Shown one piece after another: positions 15,641 through 29,130 of a stretch of DNA of 64,000 nucleotides (its first letter is position 1; each line of letters opens with the position of its first letter). A model generated the notes under the pieces. That model worked only from the letters and a program-made list of their open reading frames with translations. It had not been told where the DNA came from and did no database searches. Source of the DNA: the human T2T-CHM13v2.0 reference genome, Homo sapiens; the NCBI RefSeq assembly GCF_009914755.1, contig NC_060940.1; one strand, written 5' to 3'. The position numbers were made by a program, and so were the translations under genes.

Positions 15641-18600
15641 TGACTCAAAGTGCTTTTGATACAGATAAATAATAAAGTTTTCTAAAGATACTTTCATGCT
15701 CACTTTAATGAAGATGGAGACTATATTGTCGTCCACATTAAATTTGGAAGTGAAAGTAAAATATTTCTAAGTCACATCTTGACGTTGCCACTGAGCTAAC
15801 CCCAGTATAGATGATTACATTGAAGTTCAAGTCCTTCTTTCTGTCTAACTGGAGTCTTGCTTGCTCTGAGGTATGGCAACTCTTATAGAAAGTATTTTTT
15901 TTTAGTGGAATGTCTGCTATTTCAACAGCCTTGGGAAGTTATAATAAATAGTTATGAAAATGAGAAAAGAAAAAAATGGTTTCCATTCTTCTTTTAAATT
16001 GCTGGCAAAGTTGGAAGAAAAAAAGTTACAATATTATTTTATGAGTCAAATTAAAACTTGGGTAGTTGCCTTCTGCCTAAGGAAGTTTCATTTGAAGATG
16101 ACATTATTGATTGCCAATTTTCCTGCACTTTTTCAGCTTCCTGTGGGGTATGTATAACCATTCCATTAAGGGTCCTTGTAGCTGAAATGCAGGCAGGGTG
16201 GCCCTTGAATGCATATGAACCCATGTGATGTTGAATGTCTAGAATTTTTTTTTGTGGAGAGATAAGAGTATTTTCTTTCCCCACTTCTCCCATTTATTGA
16301 TGTTGGAGAATCATGCCAGAGCTAGTGGCCTTTGATATGGCTCTTTCTCAGTCTCTTTTGAGATGGAATTCAAATTTGCTGTCCCCAGATGCGGTTTAAA
16401 AGGCTGGCAAAGTGTTGTCATCAAGTGAGCGATGATTGTGGATATGATGCTACCATTTGATTTGGGGTCATTGGATGCCCTATTCCTGATTAAGGAGCAC
16501 TGATGTTATCAATGGAAAAGTGTTCCTCTGGGCTCCTTAATATAGTTGCAGTGTTTATGGGAAGGGGACTTGTCCCTGTGTGTGATTGTGTTTGCATGCA
16601 CTGGTGGAGAGATGTTCAGGTTTAGTTATCCAGAGAGCAGAGCCCGACTCCAAATAATTTTGATGTGGATTTAGGTCTGGTTCTCATGTTGTACTTTGCA
16701 GATCTTCAGTGTGTCTGACTGTGAAAACTTAAGTTTAAGGGAATGTCGGAGCCGTTATTGCAAGATGGATCTGTGGGGATCTAATCACTACTGAGGGGTT
16801 CCAACTTTGGGGAGAAAACGGACTGGAAAATCTGTATTGCCTTAGTGCAGCCAAGAGCATTTATTGGGTCTTTACATAATGTATTTGTTTTTCATTAAAC
16901 CGTTCAGATAAAGTCTTATTAAAGTGCCATGTATTATGTATCATGTTTCTTATGAAAATGAGCTGAAGGAAAAAATTCTCTCCTCTTCTTGGGTTATTTA
17001 CAGGCTTTTCTAATGCCAGCAAGAGAAAAAAAAATAAAGGAAAGCAGTGCGAACCCGTCCGTACAGCAGATTGCTTGACGCAACAGTAAAGAATGGGAAA
17101 GGGAGAGTGAGGATTGGAAAGGTAGAATGGTTGGCCTTTTATTCCATTCGTGTTCTGTGGAGTGACTTTCTCTTTAGTTTTGTGAATGCAAAAATAAATA
17201 AATAAAGGCAGGTAGGAAGTAAGAGAAGAAAAGAGGGAATTCTTATATTATTTGTTAATCAAAGCTTGTCCCATGAATGTGACCTCTGATGCAACGTACA
17301 GCAAACGTTTTTCAAACTAACCACTGCCAGCACCCCCCAATAAAAGCAGTACAGAATAGCAGCCTCTACTTTCCCACTCCCCTGGATGAACTTCTGCCTA
17401 GGGCTAAAGGGTTAAACATGCTACTGTGTCCCTGATAAATTGATGGGATGTGTGAGCCCCAGAGAGGTTGGAGGCACTGGTTTTGCAAGATGAAAAGTGG
17501 AAAGAAACAGCGGGTTGGGGCCTAGTGTTAGGCAGAGTGAAGACTTCATAGTTATTTCAAACAGAACGACAACAAAAAATAGAGCCGTGGGATAATTAGT
17601 TTTCTTTTCTTCAGAAAGCATTTTGATTAGCCTGCAAAGTGAGTTGTGCCTTGCGAGCTGATGGCTGGGTTCAGAGCCTTCATTTGGCTGAGGATGTCGG
17701 GGTGAGCCCTGAGGAGGAGGGGATATTTGGGATGTCCCTGGTGGCCAGTTCCAGGGTTCTGCCCCAAATATTCTTTTGTGAGAGAGCCCCCATCCCCTCT
17801 CAGGTACGGTTCCGTCCTGCAGGTCAGTGAGAAGCTGTCAGCAAGGTTTCTTTCAGGAAGCCCAACAATCAAAAAAGCTGCTGTTTAGACAGCTGATCTC
17901 TTGGTCTGAAAACAAACAAAAAAAAAAAGAAAATCCAATCACTGGGTCAAAATCTATATTAAAAAAATATGGCTACTCTTCCTGATCACGATTTTATTGC
18001 TGCCAAGAATGCAAGAATGTGCTTTTTTTTTTTTTTCTGTCAGGACCAAGGACGAGTTAGAGTCTTAATATTTTCTTTCGATTTGCAGATCACATCCTAT
18101 TTTATTGCATAAAGACTAATGAAATCTACTAATGAATAATTATTACTTCATAAAATAAAGGGGAGGGGAGACCCGTTTGCAAGAGCAGAATGTTAATTTG
18201 GCCAAGGAGGGCTGGACAGGCAAGAATAAAAAAAATAAATAAATAAACCATTGTAATTTGCTCCCTGCAGCCGACGGAGTAATCTCTTATCAGACACGGA
18301 CTTCCCTACCCTGTGCATTTATAATTTGAGAGGAGCGGGTGTTCTGGGCTGGGAGAAGCCCCCTTCCAGTCGCCCCGAGCTGGCACGTTAGTCCAACAGG
18401 CTTGATTTCCACGCCAGCCTGGGCGGTTGCTCTCATTGAACAGCTCAGGGGCTGGTTCGCTGGCTCGGGGCTGCCTGCCCAACCAAGGCGAGGCACAGAG
18501 CGAAAGCTGCGCCCCAAACGCCCGGGGGTGCATCGGCGCTTCGGTGCTCTGCTGGGGGGCGCAGAAACCTCCTCCCCTCCCTCAGCCCAAGCTCCCTCCT

Positions 18601-18992
18601 GCCCCCAGCCCCTAACGTCTCAGCACTCCACCTCCTGAGGAGGGGAAATCCCTTTTCTGTGTTTATTTGGCAAGGAATCCGGCAAACGCACCGCCACCAA
18701 CATCTACCACTGTGGGTCCCAGCTGGGCCATCGCGCTAATTGTCCAGCTCGCCTGATGCCGGGCGCGCGGGGCGCTCGCTCGCCTGCTCACCGGCAGAGG
18801 GTTTTAGCAGACCGAATTTAAATTTTGGTGAGTGTTTTTTTGAAACAAACAAAAAAAATAAATAATTTTTAAAAAAAGCGAAGGGGAGGGAAGGAAAAAA
18901 AGGAAAAAAAATCTTTCCCCTGGACCCATTTGACAAATGAGGAGACAGACAGCATCAGAACCAACGGAGTGAGCTTCAGTGTGAGTCAAAAC

Positions 18993-19165
18993 CTCTCTTC
19001 CTCTCTTTCAATCTCTCTCTCTCTTTACCCTCCCTCTCGCTCTCTCTCTCTCTCTCTCTCTGTCTCTCCCCTCCCTCTCTCTTCCTCTCTCCCTCTCTAC
19101 CTCCGTCCCACCCCTTCCTCCTCTCCCTCCCTCCCTCCCTCTCGCTATCCTTGCCCCCCTCCCAT
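18993..19165 (+). repeat. CT-rich polypyrimidine tract including (CT)n
   Basis: Seen directly. Confidence 0.9.
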
Positions 19166-19444
19166 TCAGCCTCTTCGGGAGGGCAGCGCATCCCCTGCCC
19201 CTTCCAGAGAAGTTCCCTCTGCCGGTTCTCGTGTCACCTTCACAGGGGTATGGGGTGGGGGGCCCCTTCCACTTTCCGGGGGATCAAAAAGCAGGCCCAA
19301 CAACCCAGAAAAGCCAGACGACCGCGCGAAGGGAACCAACTAGTTTCCAGGTCCCCGCAAGTGTTTTAGTCGGAGGCAGAGGAACGCCGGGATCTAGCAC
19401 ATCCCCAGGCGGGGAGAGCCAGGGAGGAGGGACCGGCGGGGTGC

Positions 19445-19481
19445 GGTGGGGGGAGGGAGGAGGAAAGAGGGGGAGAGAGAC

Positions 19482-19525
<44 letters not shown>
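19445..19525 (+). repeat. G-rich/(GA)n polypurine tract
   Basis: Seen directly. Confidence 0.9.
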
Positions 19526-19527
<2 letters not shown>

Positions 19528-19660
19528 CGCGAGCCACCGGTCATTGACTTAGATAACCAGCAAAATTAAAAAAGAAAAAAAAAAATTGTAGCGACCAGGC
19601 AGAGAGCAACGTGATTGCATTCAAGCGTCCCCACTCGGGCTCGGCGGGCGCCAGAGAGAC

Positions 19661-19762
19661 ATGATGCAGCATCCTCTGACGGGGGCCACCTGCGTGGCGC
19701 TCCCCAACGTGGGCATGTGTCCCCAGCTTTCGTGTGCCTTGACTTTTATGTACTTACAGCAG
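19661..19762 (+). CDS. RBFOX1: Candidate RBFOX1 alternative first coding exon; 34 codons MMQHPLTGATCVALPNVGMCPQLSCALTFMYLQQ, phase-0 donor
   Basis: ATG with G at -3 (gagacATGATG) inside the CpG island. A near-consensus donor CAG|gtaagg follows exactly 102 nt later. Same strand and phase as the 48301 exon, so it is compatible with the same downstream exon. Confidence 0.72.
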
Positions 19763-20173
19763 GTAAGGCGCGCGTCTGCCCTCGGTGGCTGCTTTCCTGG
19801 GGCTGGGCCAGATGGGTCCCCGCGCGTACTGGGCTGCGCTTCGGTGCCTTATGTAGGTTCTGAGGAGGGGGCTCCCGCGTTGCGATGGAAAGGGTGGATG
19901 GAAGCCTCCTGCTCTCTGTGGAGCCCGGGCACCTCGCGCTGAGATGTTTCTGCACCTGTCCGAATACTTTAAAACCGCCTGATGCCCAGCCTGGGCACCG
20001 GAAGTTTGAAATGGAAAACTGCCTTTTCCTTGCTACCATCTTCCTTGTGTCAGTGCCTTTCGTGGTGATCTGAGTCTAAGACCCCTTTGATGCTAAGAGT
20101 TTGAATCTTTGTGGAGGCATTCCGGTGCCTGTAGTGTTAATTCAGCTGATTTAATAGAGAGTGGAAAGGAGAA

Positions 20174-20191
20174 GTGTGTGGTGTGTGGTGT

Positions 20192-20227
<36 letters not shown>
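20174..20227 (+). repeat. (TG)n microsatellite
   Basis: Seen directly. Confidence 0.95.
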
Positions 20228-20232
<5 letters not shown>

Positions 20233-21843
20233 CTAAGTTTGTGTGGTGCTATATTCGGTCCGCATGGGATCGCAGCATTTGAATTTCTGGAGTGTGTCAG
20301 CCCCAGTCTGCCTTCAAACTCACTGGCAATGCTGTGAAGAAGGTGAGCTGTTTAGGATGTTGTCTTTGTTGGCATGTGTTAGGGTGTTTGTGTGTGTGTG
20401 CGTGTGTGGGTTTTTTTTTCCCTTTCACTTCTCCTTAGTGGTCTTGCTGAGGGAGTCTGTGTTTGCTTTATTTTCCATTCATTGTGCACATTTCAGTCTT
20501 TTGACACCTTACTCTCTGTCTTTCTCAGGGTGTTTCCTTGGGACCCTCTCTGCTCTGTCATTCTTTCTTTATTGGAAGGGTTGCTTCCTGAGTTGGTTCC
20601 TGGGCTTGGGAAATAGCTCAGCACTGCCCTTGTAGGGTGACAGGCCAGCTCTCTGTCATTGGGCAGGGGCAGTGGATGTGAACTGAAGGGCTAGAAGGGG
20701 TTTTGTCATGCAGATGAAAATCCTTTCTCCCTCCCAGGATCTCCATCCTATTCTATGAAGGTTTACAGTGATTATACTCATTTTATCTGTTTTTCCACGG
20801 ACTCACTTCAAGAGTACCATTTGTTAACATGAGTGTGTGAACAGAACTTCCTATGCAAGAGTTGAGAGTGGCCCTCTTCCCCAAGACCCTCAATTTCAAC
20901 CTGTGTTAAAGGAATGTATATTTTTATAAAATGTCAGGATTCTGTTTTGAACATTTGGGTGATTTTCTATCAAGTTGGTTGACTCCAGAAAATATTTCTT
21001 AGGTGTATTTTCTGTTGCATGTCTTTTTGAGAACAGTCTTAAAAAAATCTTGGGAACCAATTTGTTCTTTTAAATATTATTTTATTACGTTCATTATTGA
21101 GTAAATCGTGCCAGAAGACATTTCCCAAGAGAGTATTGATAACATATTATATGCTTCATCTTCCACAATTTCTGTGCCTTTGCTGTGGGTGTGTGTGTAA
21201 ATGTGTATGTGCATGTGCGTTTTATACCAGTTATTTCCACCGGAAGAAAATTCTAATGAGCATTTCTATAGATGCTAAGCCTCAGTTGGATTTATCAAAT
21301 TATTACTGAGTTGATCTTTTGCCTTTTACATTTACTTCTTTCATGTTATTTATTAATCAATTTGAATATCATTTACCTAGCAAGTAGAATGCTATAGGTA
21401 CTCAATGTTCTCCGTTCCTTTGTGTGGTGGTGTTTGTGTTTTTTTCAAAAATACATCCATGTTTCTGCCTTCTAGATTTTTAAATTGGCTTACTCATTTG
21501 GGCACAACTTAGGAGAGAAGATAGTGACTTTGAGTGAGAGGTTATTCTTGCCATGAGAAGAACAAACATAGAAGATAAACACAAAGGTTCTCAGCATCTT
21601 CCAGGCAGTCTCTCCCACGAGGAAAAACACCCCTGCTCTGGAAAGGGGAGGCTTGAAGAAAACATTGGCAGCCACAACAAATATTTAGAAGTGACTAAAT
21701 CAGCATCATGGTTCCATATGAAGATAGATGGAGGGTGGATTTTGAAATGTGCTTTGGAATGCATCTCCCCCTCCCCTGAAAGGACTTGCACTGCTATCTG
21801 TGAAAGTGTTTATAATGTGATACTATGACATAATGTGGGAATG

Positions 21844-21875
<32 letters not shown>

Positions 21876-24800
21876 ATTTTCTCTGAGCTTCACTGAATAC
21901 CTGAAGTATAATAAAGGCAGTCATTTATTTTTGCCTGTTTCATTCAGAATTAGGTTTTCTAGCCCTTCCTGGAAGCTCACCGCTAGGGTGTAAGTGATAT
22001 ACCTGGAGTCATCTGTCCTGGCCATTACTGTCGTGATAGTTCGTTTAAAAGTCTCAAGTCACTTATTTTATTTAGCATTCCAGACAATCGGCTGATTAAG
22101 AGTGTGAAATAGTTTAATCTCCACATACATAAATCATATCGATAAGTAATATCTTGTACCCAGACACCACTACTATATTTTTTATCTGCCTTTAATCTGT
22201 AGCTATTATTGGATCTCTAGCTAATTTTGGTGAACAGAAGGGTAATCTTTGATCTCAAAGTAAATTGATCAAGTGGACGAATCAGGCAACATTTATGATA
22301 AGTAACACCTTCACTGAAAACAATTTTATTTTATAATTGTTTAGAAATAAACATAATTCAGAAGTCTTTGTCATTGAGATCACCAATTACATAAGAAAGT
22401 AATCAACCCACATTGATCTTATTTTGGAGCATTTATCATTTTGTTTTATAAATCCACAAACTCTGACCACCGGCCATCGAGTCTTCCCTGAAGTATATTT
22501 TTCTGGAATGCAGTTTCATATGGTTATTTCTTATCCAATAACTAAGGAAAATGACTTCATTAAATGCTTTCTTTGTCTCAGCATGAACATCCAACCTTTC
22601 CTCCTAAATTCTCACAGATTTATCCATAAGACAACTCATAAAAACAAAAATCAATTGGGGTGCCTCAGCATCGGAGTCTACTCTGAATGGCCAAGTGTAA
22701 GTGGCAACATATCACTTTTGCCACGAATAATTTATTTACTTAGGCCAATGAAGAAGCAACTTTGATGTTTACATTATTTGACTTATCCTGTTTCACTTAT
22801 TTGTATGTCCCAATAACTTTTATCTAGATAAGTGTTTACTTACAGCTACGATTTCTTTTCTTTTCTCCTTCTCCTCTTTTTTCCTCCACATCCAAGATGT
22901 TACTACAGTTTAGAGCTGCAAGGTGGGATAATGCTAAATAGTTTTTTTGGCGTCTAGATATCAGACCCAGTGATGTACTCACATAGGAACACACAAATTT
23001 GTATACATACACACAGACACATATACACACACACCTAGTATAGAGCATATATTTTGTGGTTGTCAACCACTTTCAGATGGAACGGACAAGTAGTCCTTGG
23101 AGCAACTGGCTTCAATCTTGCTGTCCAGGGAAAGTCCCTGCCTCAATCTCCTTTCTTGAGTGGCTTCATGCTGTGTCTTCTTTGATGGTGAATCTTCTTG
23201 AAGCTGAACTTAGAACTCACATATCCCCAATACTTAATCTTCCACGTTCCAAAGTAAGTACTCATGGAACCATTCTTGCTTTGAGGAATAATTCTGAATA
23301 CAATTCCACATTAGGGGGTTTGCAGCAAGCTAGGTCAAAAGAGAACCTATTTTGTTTTCCTGATAGAGAAGAAATAGAAAACAGCCACACACACATGCAT
23401 GGACACACAGGACACAGAAATCTAGAGATGGTTTATTTCTATTGTAAGTAATAGAGGGCAAACCTTATAGCACCCATCTCATGGTAAGGTATGGTGAGGC
23501 AACAGACAGGATGGATGATGAGATTCGTTTTCTGATGCAAACTGCGTGTCAGATTCCACCCAGAGCTGTTTTTTTTTTTTTTTTTCCACTGAGTTTAATG
23601 TCCTGAAAGAGGATCAGTAGCATATTAACTTAATTTTCTCTGTTCTTACACCACCAGCGTCTCTCAGTACTATTCTAAGAAAGCTTCTTATCTGTCAAGC
23701 CCTATCCACTGAGAACCTTTTTATCAGCCTAAATTTAAAAATACGTCAAATGCTTAAAATCCACATTAGAGGGGGCAGAAAAGAGCCTCTAAAGTGGGCC
23801 ATGCCACTGTCAATATTCGAAGATTGGTAATTTTTCCCACTTAATGATGATCCATGTGGTTTGTTTTAAGTAGTGAAGTGGTTTGTACAAAGGGTAATTC
23901 CCAGTAAATGAAGCCATTGCTCACTGTGGACATCTTCAGATCGAAAGCAATTGAACTGAAACCTGCATATCAACCCTTTCTGTCTTTAATTAGAAAGCGA
24001 TTCTCAGTTCAGGGAATCACCTGGGGAAGATGGGCTCTCGCGCGAAGGCTGCAGGCGTTGGGGAGGGTGGCCCCATGCACCAGCCACGGTTATAAATTTT
24101 GGAAACATTAGGTAGGTCATAACAATTATGACTGTGTAGAAAAGTTCAATTCTCATTGCAGTTACTTACCTTGTGTTACTCCATCTGATGATTTATAGGG
24201 GGCCAAATGGAATTTATCACATTCTTTCTTTTTGGCTTAATCCCGTGTTGATTTATTAGATAGTGCTATGGATTGGGGGTGGTCGATAGTGTCAGTAACG
24301 CAGAAAAGAATTAGGATAGATTAGCTTCATGTCTGAATTGTTTAAAGGAATTTAAGTGGCTGGAATGAGCACATTTCCAGGCCCAGGTGGCTGCCTGATA
24401 GAAGAAAGGTCCCTCAGTCTCTTTCTAGAGGGATGTCTTACGTCGTAAATTGGTTAACCAATCTTTCTTGTTTCTCTGATCTTTTCCGATTAAGAGAAGG
24501 CATGAAATGTTAGGCTGTTATCAGCCAGGTAAGGCCCACATTTCAGGTGAGCTGGGGGTCATCTGTGCTTCCCCCCTTTGGGGAACCTATGGAGGGCCGC
24601 GTGTTGTGGACATGGACTGCAGGGCCACCTGGGCTGCCTCTGCTTTAAAATTACTTAATCCAACAATCACTTCTGAAAATTGTAAGCATCTGTTCATCCA
24701 CAGACCAAAGCCTTGTGCCATTCGCCTGCTCTGCCTGCCATTTTGAGGCAGTTTCTGTGTTATAACATGCAACTGGCCGCTCCTGCCTTTGCCCGGCTGG

Positions 24801-27129
24801 AGAAAGTCTGTGTTATTAGTGCTCACCCGCCATCTGTTTTCCTTACAGCTGACCCTTGAGTAATTCTCCAGTAGCTGATGGACTGAGGGTAGACAGTCTT
24901 TTTTAGGGTTTTCTGATTCATTTAACCAGGTTCTCTGCCCCAAGAGGAAACATAATGCTTGTTTATTCATATTGGCCGGGTGAAAACAGTGTAGTTTGTC
25001 AGGCAAATAATAGTCCTGTGGAAGGGAACGAAATTGCAGCATTGTAAACAAAATCAGGTTGCTGACTCTGTGCCTAAGGGGGTTGGGTGATGAGCAGGAC
25101 ATGTCATCCCGTGAAGGAAGCAGAGCTGACAGGTGTGGGTGTAATTGTCCCATCTGCAGACCCCTTTTTAATGGACGGGGAGAAGTGTCCCAATGTTCTG
25201 TTTAATTCAGTTAAGAAAAGCAAAGAAAGTTCCATTCATCAATAAAGTTTCCTATTGCCGGGTGCTGCCCAAGAGAACTCTGCCGGGCTGAGCGTTGGCC
25301 CGTGGCTGTTGGCATGATGCAGCTTGCCTCACCCAGCCCTATTGAGGGCGGCTGTGTCAGATAGGGTCAGCTCTCAGGCACAATGGCCCAGAAGAGCCCT
25401 GGCCCCGGCCCTTTAACCATGCTGAATACAGGTGAGCTAGCCAAATGAGCAATGGACCCGCAGGCCGCCTCTGCTGGGAGACAGAGCTGGCCAGGGTTCT
25501 CTCTGAAGGATCCTGAAATGCAGTTCCTGAGCCTGGCATACGATTAGGAAAGAGCTTGTGTGGTTGGAATGTCCTGGCTCCTGAGAGGGTTTGGGGAAAG
25601 AGGCTTTTCATGGTTGTTTCTGATCTTCCTGTCATGCTATAGCCCTGATGGATTGATCCCGGCTAAAAAAGTGACAGAATTTGGAACCAGGGTTGGTGGG
25701 GAGGAGGTAGAGAGAAGGAGAAGATGTTGATCAAAACTGTAAAAACTGACGTTAACTGTGGAGCACCCAGAGTCCTGTTGGTATGTTTTATCAAAACTTC
25801 ATCAAGGGGCATACTTATTAACATGGAAATAATTGTCATGGTCCAGTATTTCTCAAACTTCAGACATTCAGGCACCACTTCCTAAGTCCTGCCAATCTAC
25901 CCATTACCAGAGTTGATATCTACTTAATATTTTTTAAAATTAACTTACATATTAAACATAGACTTGCCCAAACCAAATAAAACACAGTCACTGAATCACA
26001 CCTGTGATCACACTTTCCCAGCATACGTGGAACTAAATGTGTATTCATTCACCTGTCCATCCACCCATTCCATGTTGATGGAACTCCTGATAGGTTTATG
26101 GAACTCCAGCTGCCCTTCTAGACTCTCCCAGGGAGCAAAGCAAAGGCCCCTGTCCTCACAGATAGTCTGTTACGTTGTTCATCTCTTTGCCATCTTGTGA
26201 ACCATGCATGCAGTACAACGCTTTGGAAAACTTCCGCTTGGCCTGCTGGATTGCCTGGGAATCCTCTGCCGTGTCCGGTCTGGAATTACTCCTTCCCCTA
26301 CCTTGACCCAATTTGCAAGGGGCAAGGCTAGAGTTAAGTTCTTTGTGATGCTTTTTTTTCCATCTGCCAGATCAGCAGCCACTAGTGCACAATAAAGGAA
26401 AATAGCCATACATTCAACGTCTACATCCCAAGGAGGGCTTTGAGATGATGGAGCTGGGACTGGGAAACTGCTGTGGTCCTTAGCACTCAGCCAAGCTCTA
26501 GCTGAAGAGCAGTCCTACCCTGTTTTGATCCTTTTCTTTATGTGTCTTGAAACAGAATCAAAATTAGGAAGGGGAACTGGAGTGGAAAGCATTCAGAAGG
26601 TTAGTGTGTGTTCCCAGGGATGCAATGACTATTTTTTTTCTCCCCTTTTGTGGCCATAGAACAAAGTAGAAGCAACTGTAGGATTTAAGTGACTCCAATT
26701 TCCCAGGCCTGATGAGTAAATGCATAAAAGGTTTAGTCTTGATGAGCCTTTTCTTTTTTTTTTTTTTTTTTTTGGCATTCGATGTTTGCTCAGGATTCAC
26801 CTCAATGACTAGATTCCCCTTATCAAAAACAGTAACAAACATCCCCGGTTTTTCCCTTCCATAGATCAGCTTCCTCTTGCTCTGCCTGAAGCCAGGCATG
26901 GGGCAAGCCCTGCTCTTATGGAAAGGTTGAGAGCAATATTGGTACCTAAACCCAGAAGGAACAGCGAGGTTTACACACTGCAGTAGCCAGCTGTCCATCT
27001 CAAGTGTCTCACAAAATTCAGATGAAAAACCCAGATCTATTTAGAGCCAGTTGGTATCATGGTATCAGCCTTCCCAAAAGTACAGGTTTTTTTGAAAAAC
27101 GATAGTGTTTCTGAAGTTATATGTAGGAC

Positions 27130-27360
27130 AGAAGTCATGAGCTGAAGGCTTAATCCCAACTCTGTTATTCAATTAGCTGATCCAGCTGAATTGAGCAAGA
27201 TAGTTTTTTTTTGTTTATTTGGGGACTTAATTGCTCCTTCAGAAAAACAGGGATTAGAACAACCATTTCATACTGTTCTTTGTGATATTAAGTAAGATGC
27301 AAATGGGAACACTTAGCTCAGTGCCTGGGGTGCAGTGAGCAGCCTATAGATGTTTGATAA
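27130..27360 (+). mobile_element. MIR
   Basis: MIR motifs (aatcccaactctg...acttagctcagtgcctgg). Confidence 0.6.
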
Positions 27361-27374
27361 AGAAATGAAGGAAG

Positions 27375-27677
<303 letters not shown>

Positions 27678-28899
27678 TGAAACAAAGGAAGGCAATATGT
27701 TAAAGAAACGTAGGATTTGTTTATTGAAGCTGGACATAAACTTCTCGTTTCCATTTCTCTCAAATTAACATGATTAATACACCCATGGCCTGCCAAGGAC
27801 ACAGACACAAGGGACTTGGGTGTCACTCCGGGTCTTCTTGGTTCCACTACCCTGTTTGGGAGCTCTTCTCTTTCTTCCTCCAGTGAGCTGTCATTCCTGC
27901 TTGTGTCACTGGATTGTAATATGGCTACACAGCTCAATTAATGCTCAGTGTCAGGAGGAGGGAAAATAAAAATTGTCTTGCTCTTGTCAGTAGCGAAGTT
28001 ATTTACTTTCAAAAGCTGACAGAATCACACTGCAGGGCCTTCATTTATTTCCATTCAGAACGTCATTATTCTGTGATGTCAGAGACTTGGGCACACGTTG
28101 AAGTTTATTCCCATAAGCTTTAATATGGCGGGGCCCTGCTAAAGTGTAGATCGTCACCCAGGAGAGTCTGGGAGAGTCTGGCGGAGCTCTCTGGGGGCCC
28201 CAGGGTGCCTGGGTGCTTGGCACTGATGTCTGGGAGGGTACCCCAGTTTCAGGATGGACCGGGGAAGCTGACACGTGCATTTTCATGCCCTGGATCTGTT
28301 CTAGGAGAGGCAGCGTGTTCCCCACTGCTGCTCTTCCTTCTGAAGCAAAAGAAAGGGGTGTGGGACTCGTAGTTCCACATCACTTTTCATCCGGGCCTCT
28401 CCTGGAATTTCTGGAAACACAAAAGTGCCTCCTGAAAGTGGCTTTGCTTTGGATCTATCTATTGACTCTGCTTAAACTCGTTGACAGGTTCCCTCAACCG
28501 AATAATCTGTATAAAACTATGCAATTTTTTGTTTGTTTGTTTGCTCTCTTTCTTTCTTCCTTTTCCCCCTAAGGGTTTGCAACCAGCAGTTAACACAGGA
28601 AGGGGTTGAGTGGAGAAATTCTCTTTTCTTCATGGTGCAGTGGCAGAACCTTCCACTGGGGGTCTCCATTTAGAATACGTGACTCAGGATTCCTGAAGAC
28701 TTTCTTTTTTCCTTTCTTTCTTCTTTTTTATCTTTTTTTTTCTTTTCTTTTCTTTTTTTTTTTTAAGGCTCTTTGGTTCCGTTCAAAAAATGAGGCTCTT
28801 TCGGACAGCAGTAGGAGAGGCAGCTTGTAAGACCATTTAGGTAACGAGAGAAGCCAGCCTTCTTCCACAATGATGATCATAATAATAAAATAATTAAAA

Positions 28900-29130
28900 T
28901 AATGAAATAATCAATAACGTTTATGGAGTGCTTTGTGACAAGCACACGACTAAGCACTTTTACATGGATTATCACATTTAATCCTCCACAAAAAAGCCTC
29001 CAGGGAGTTGAAATTAATGGCTTCATTTTTAGATGCAGAATCCAAGGCTTAGGTGGGAGAGCTGATATTTAAAACCAGACACTTTTGCCCCAGAACCGAC
29101 ACTTAGAACCACGATTCTGCACCATCCCTA
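28900..29130 (-). mobile_element. MIR
   Basis: tttatggagtgctt...atttaatcctccaca...catttttagatgcagaatccaaggct. Confidence 0.65.

Larger units (their letters stand above)
18280..19930 (+). promoter_or_regulatory. CpG-island alternative promoter of RBFOX1
   Basis: Abrupt rise in GC and CpG content (e.g. gccgggcgcgcggggcgctcgctcgc at about 18758-18783), no interspersed repeats, CT/GA tracts, and it ends in a coding exon with a donor site. Confidence 0.8.

Noticed and set aside
18945-18975. REST/NRSE-like site (atcagaaccaacggag)
   Set aside because: Too many mismatches to TTCAGCACCnnGGACAG.
19661-19942. 93-aa single-exon ORF
   Set aside because: It reads through a strong donor at 19762; only the first 34 codons are plausible coding sequence.
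24587-25153. 188-aa minus-strand ORF
   Set aside because: No recognisable domain or promoter and antisense within an intron; compatible with chance.
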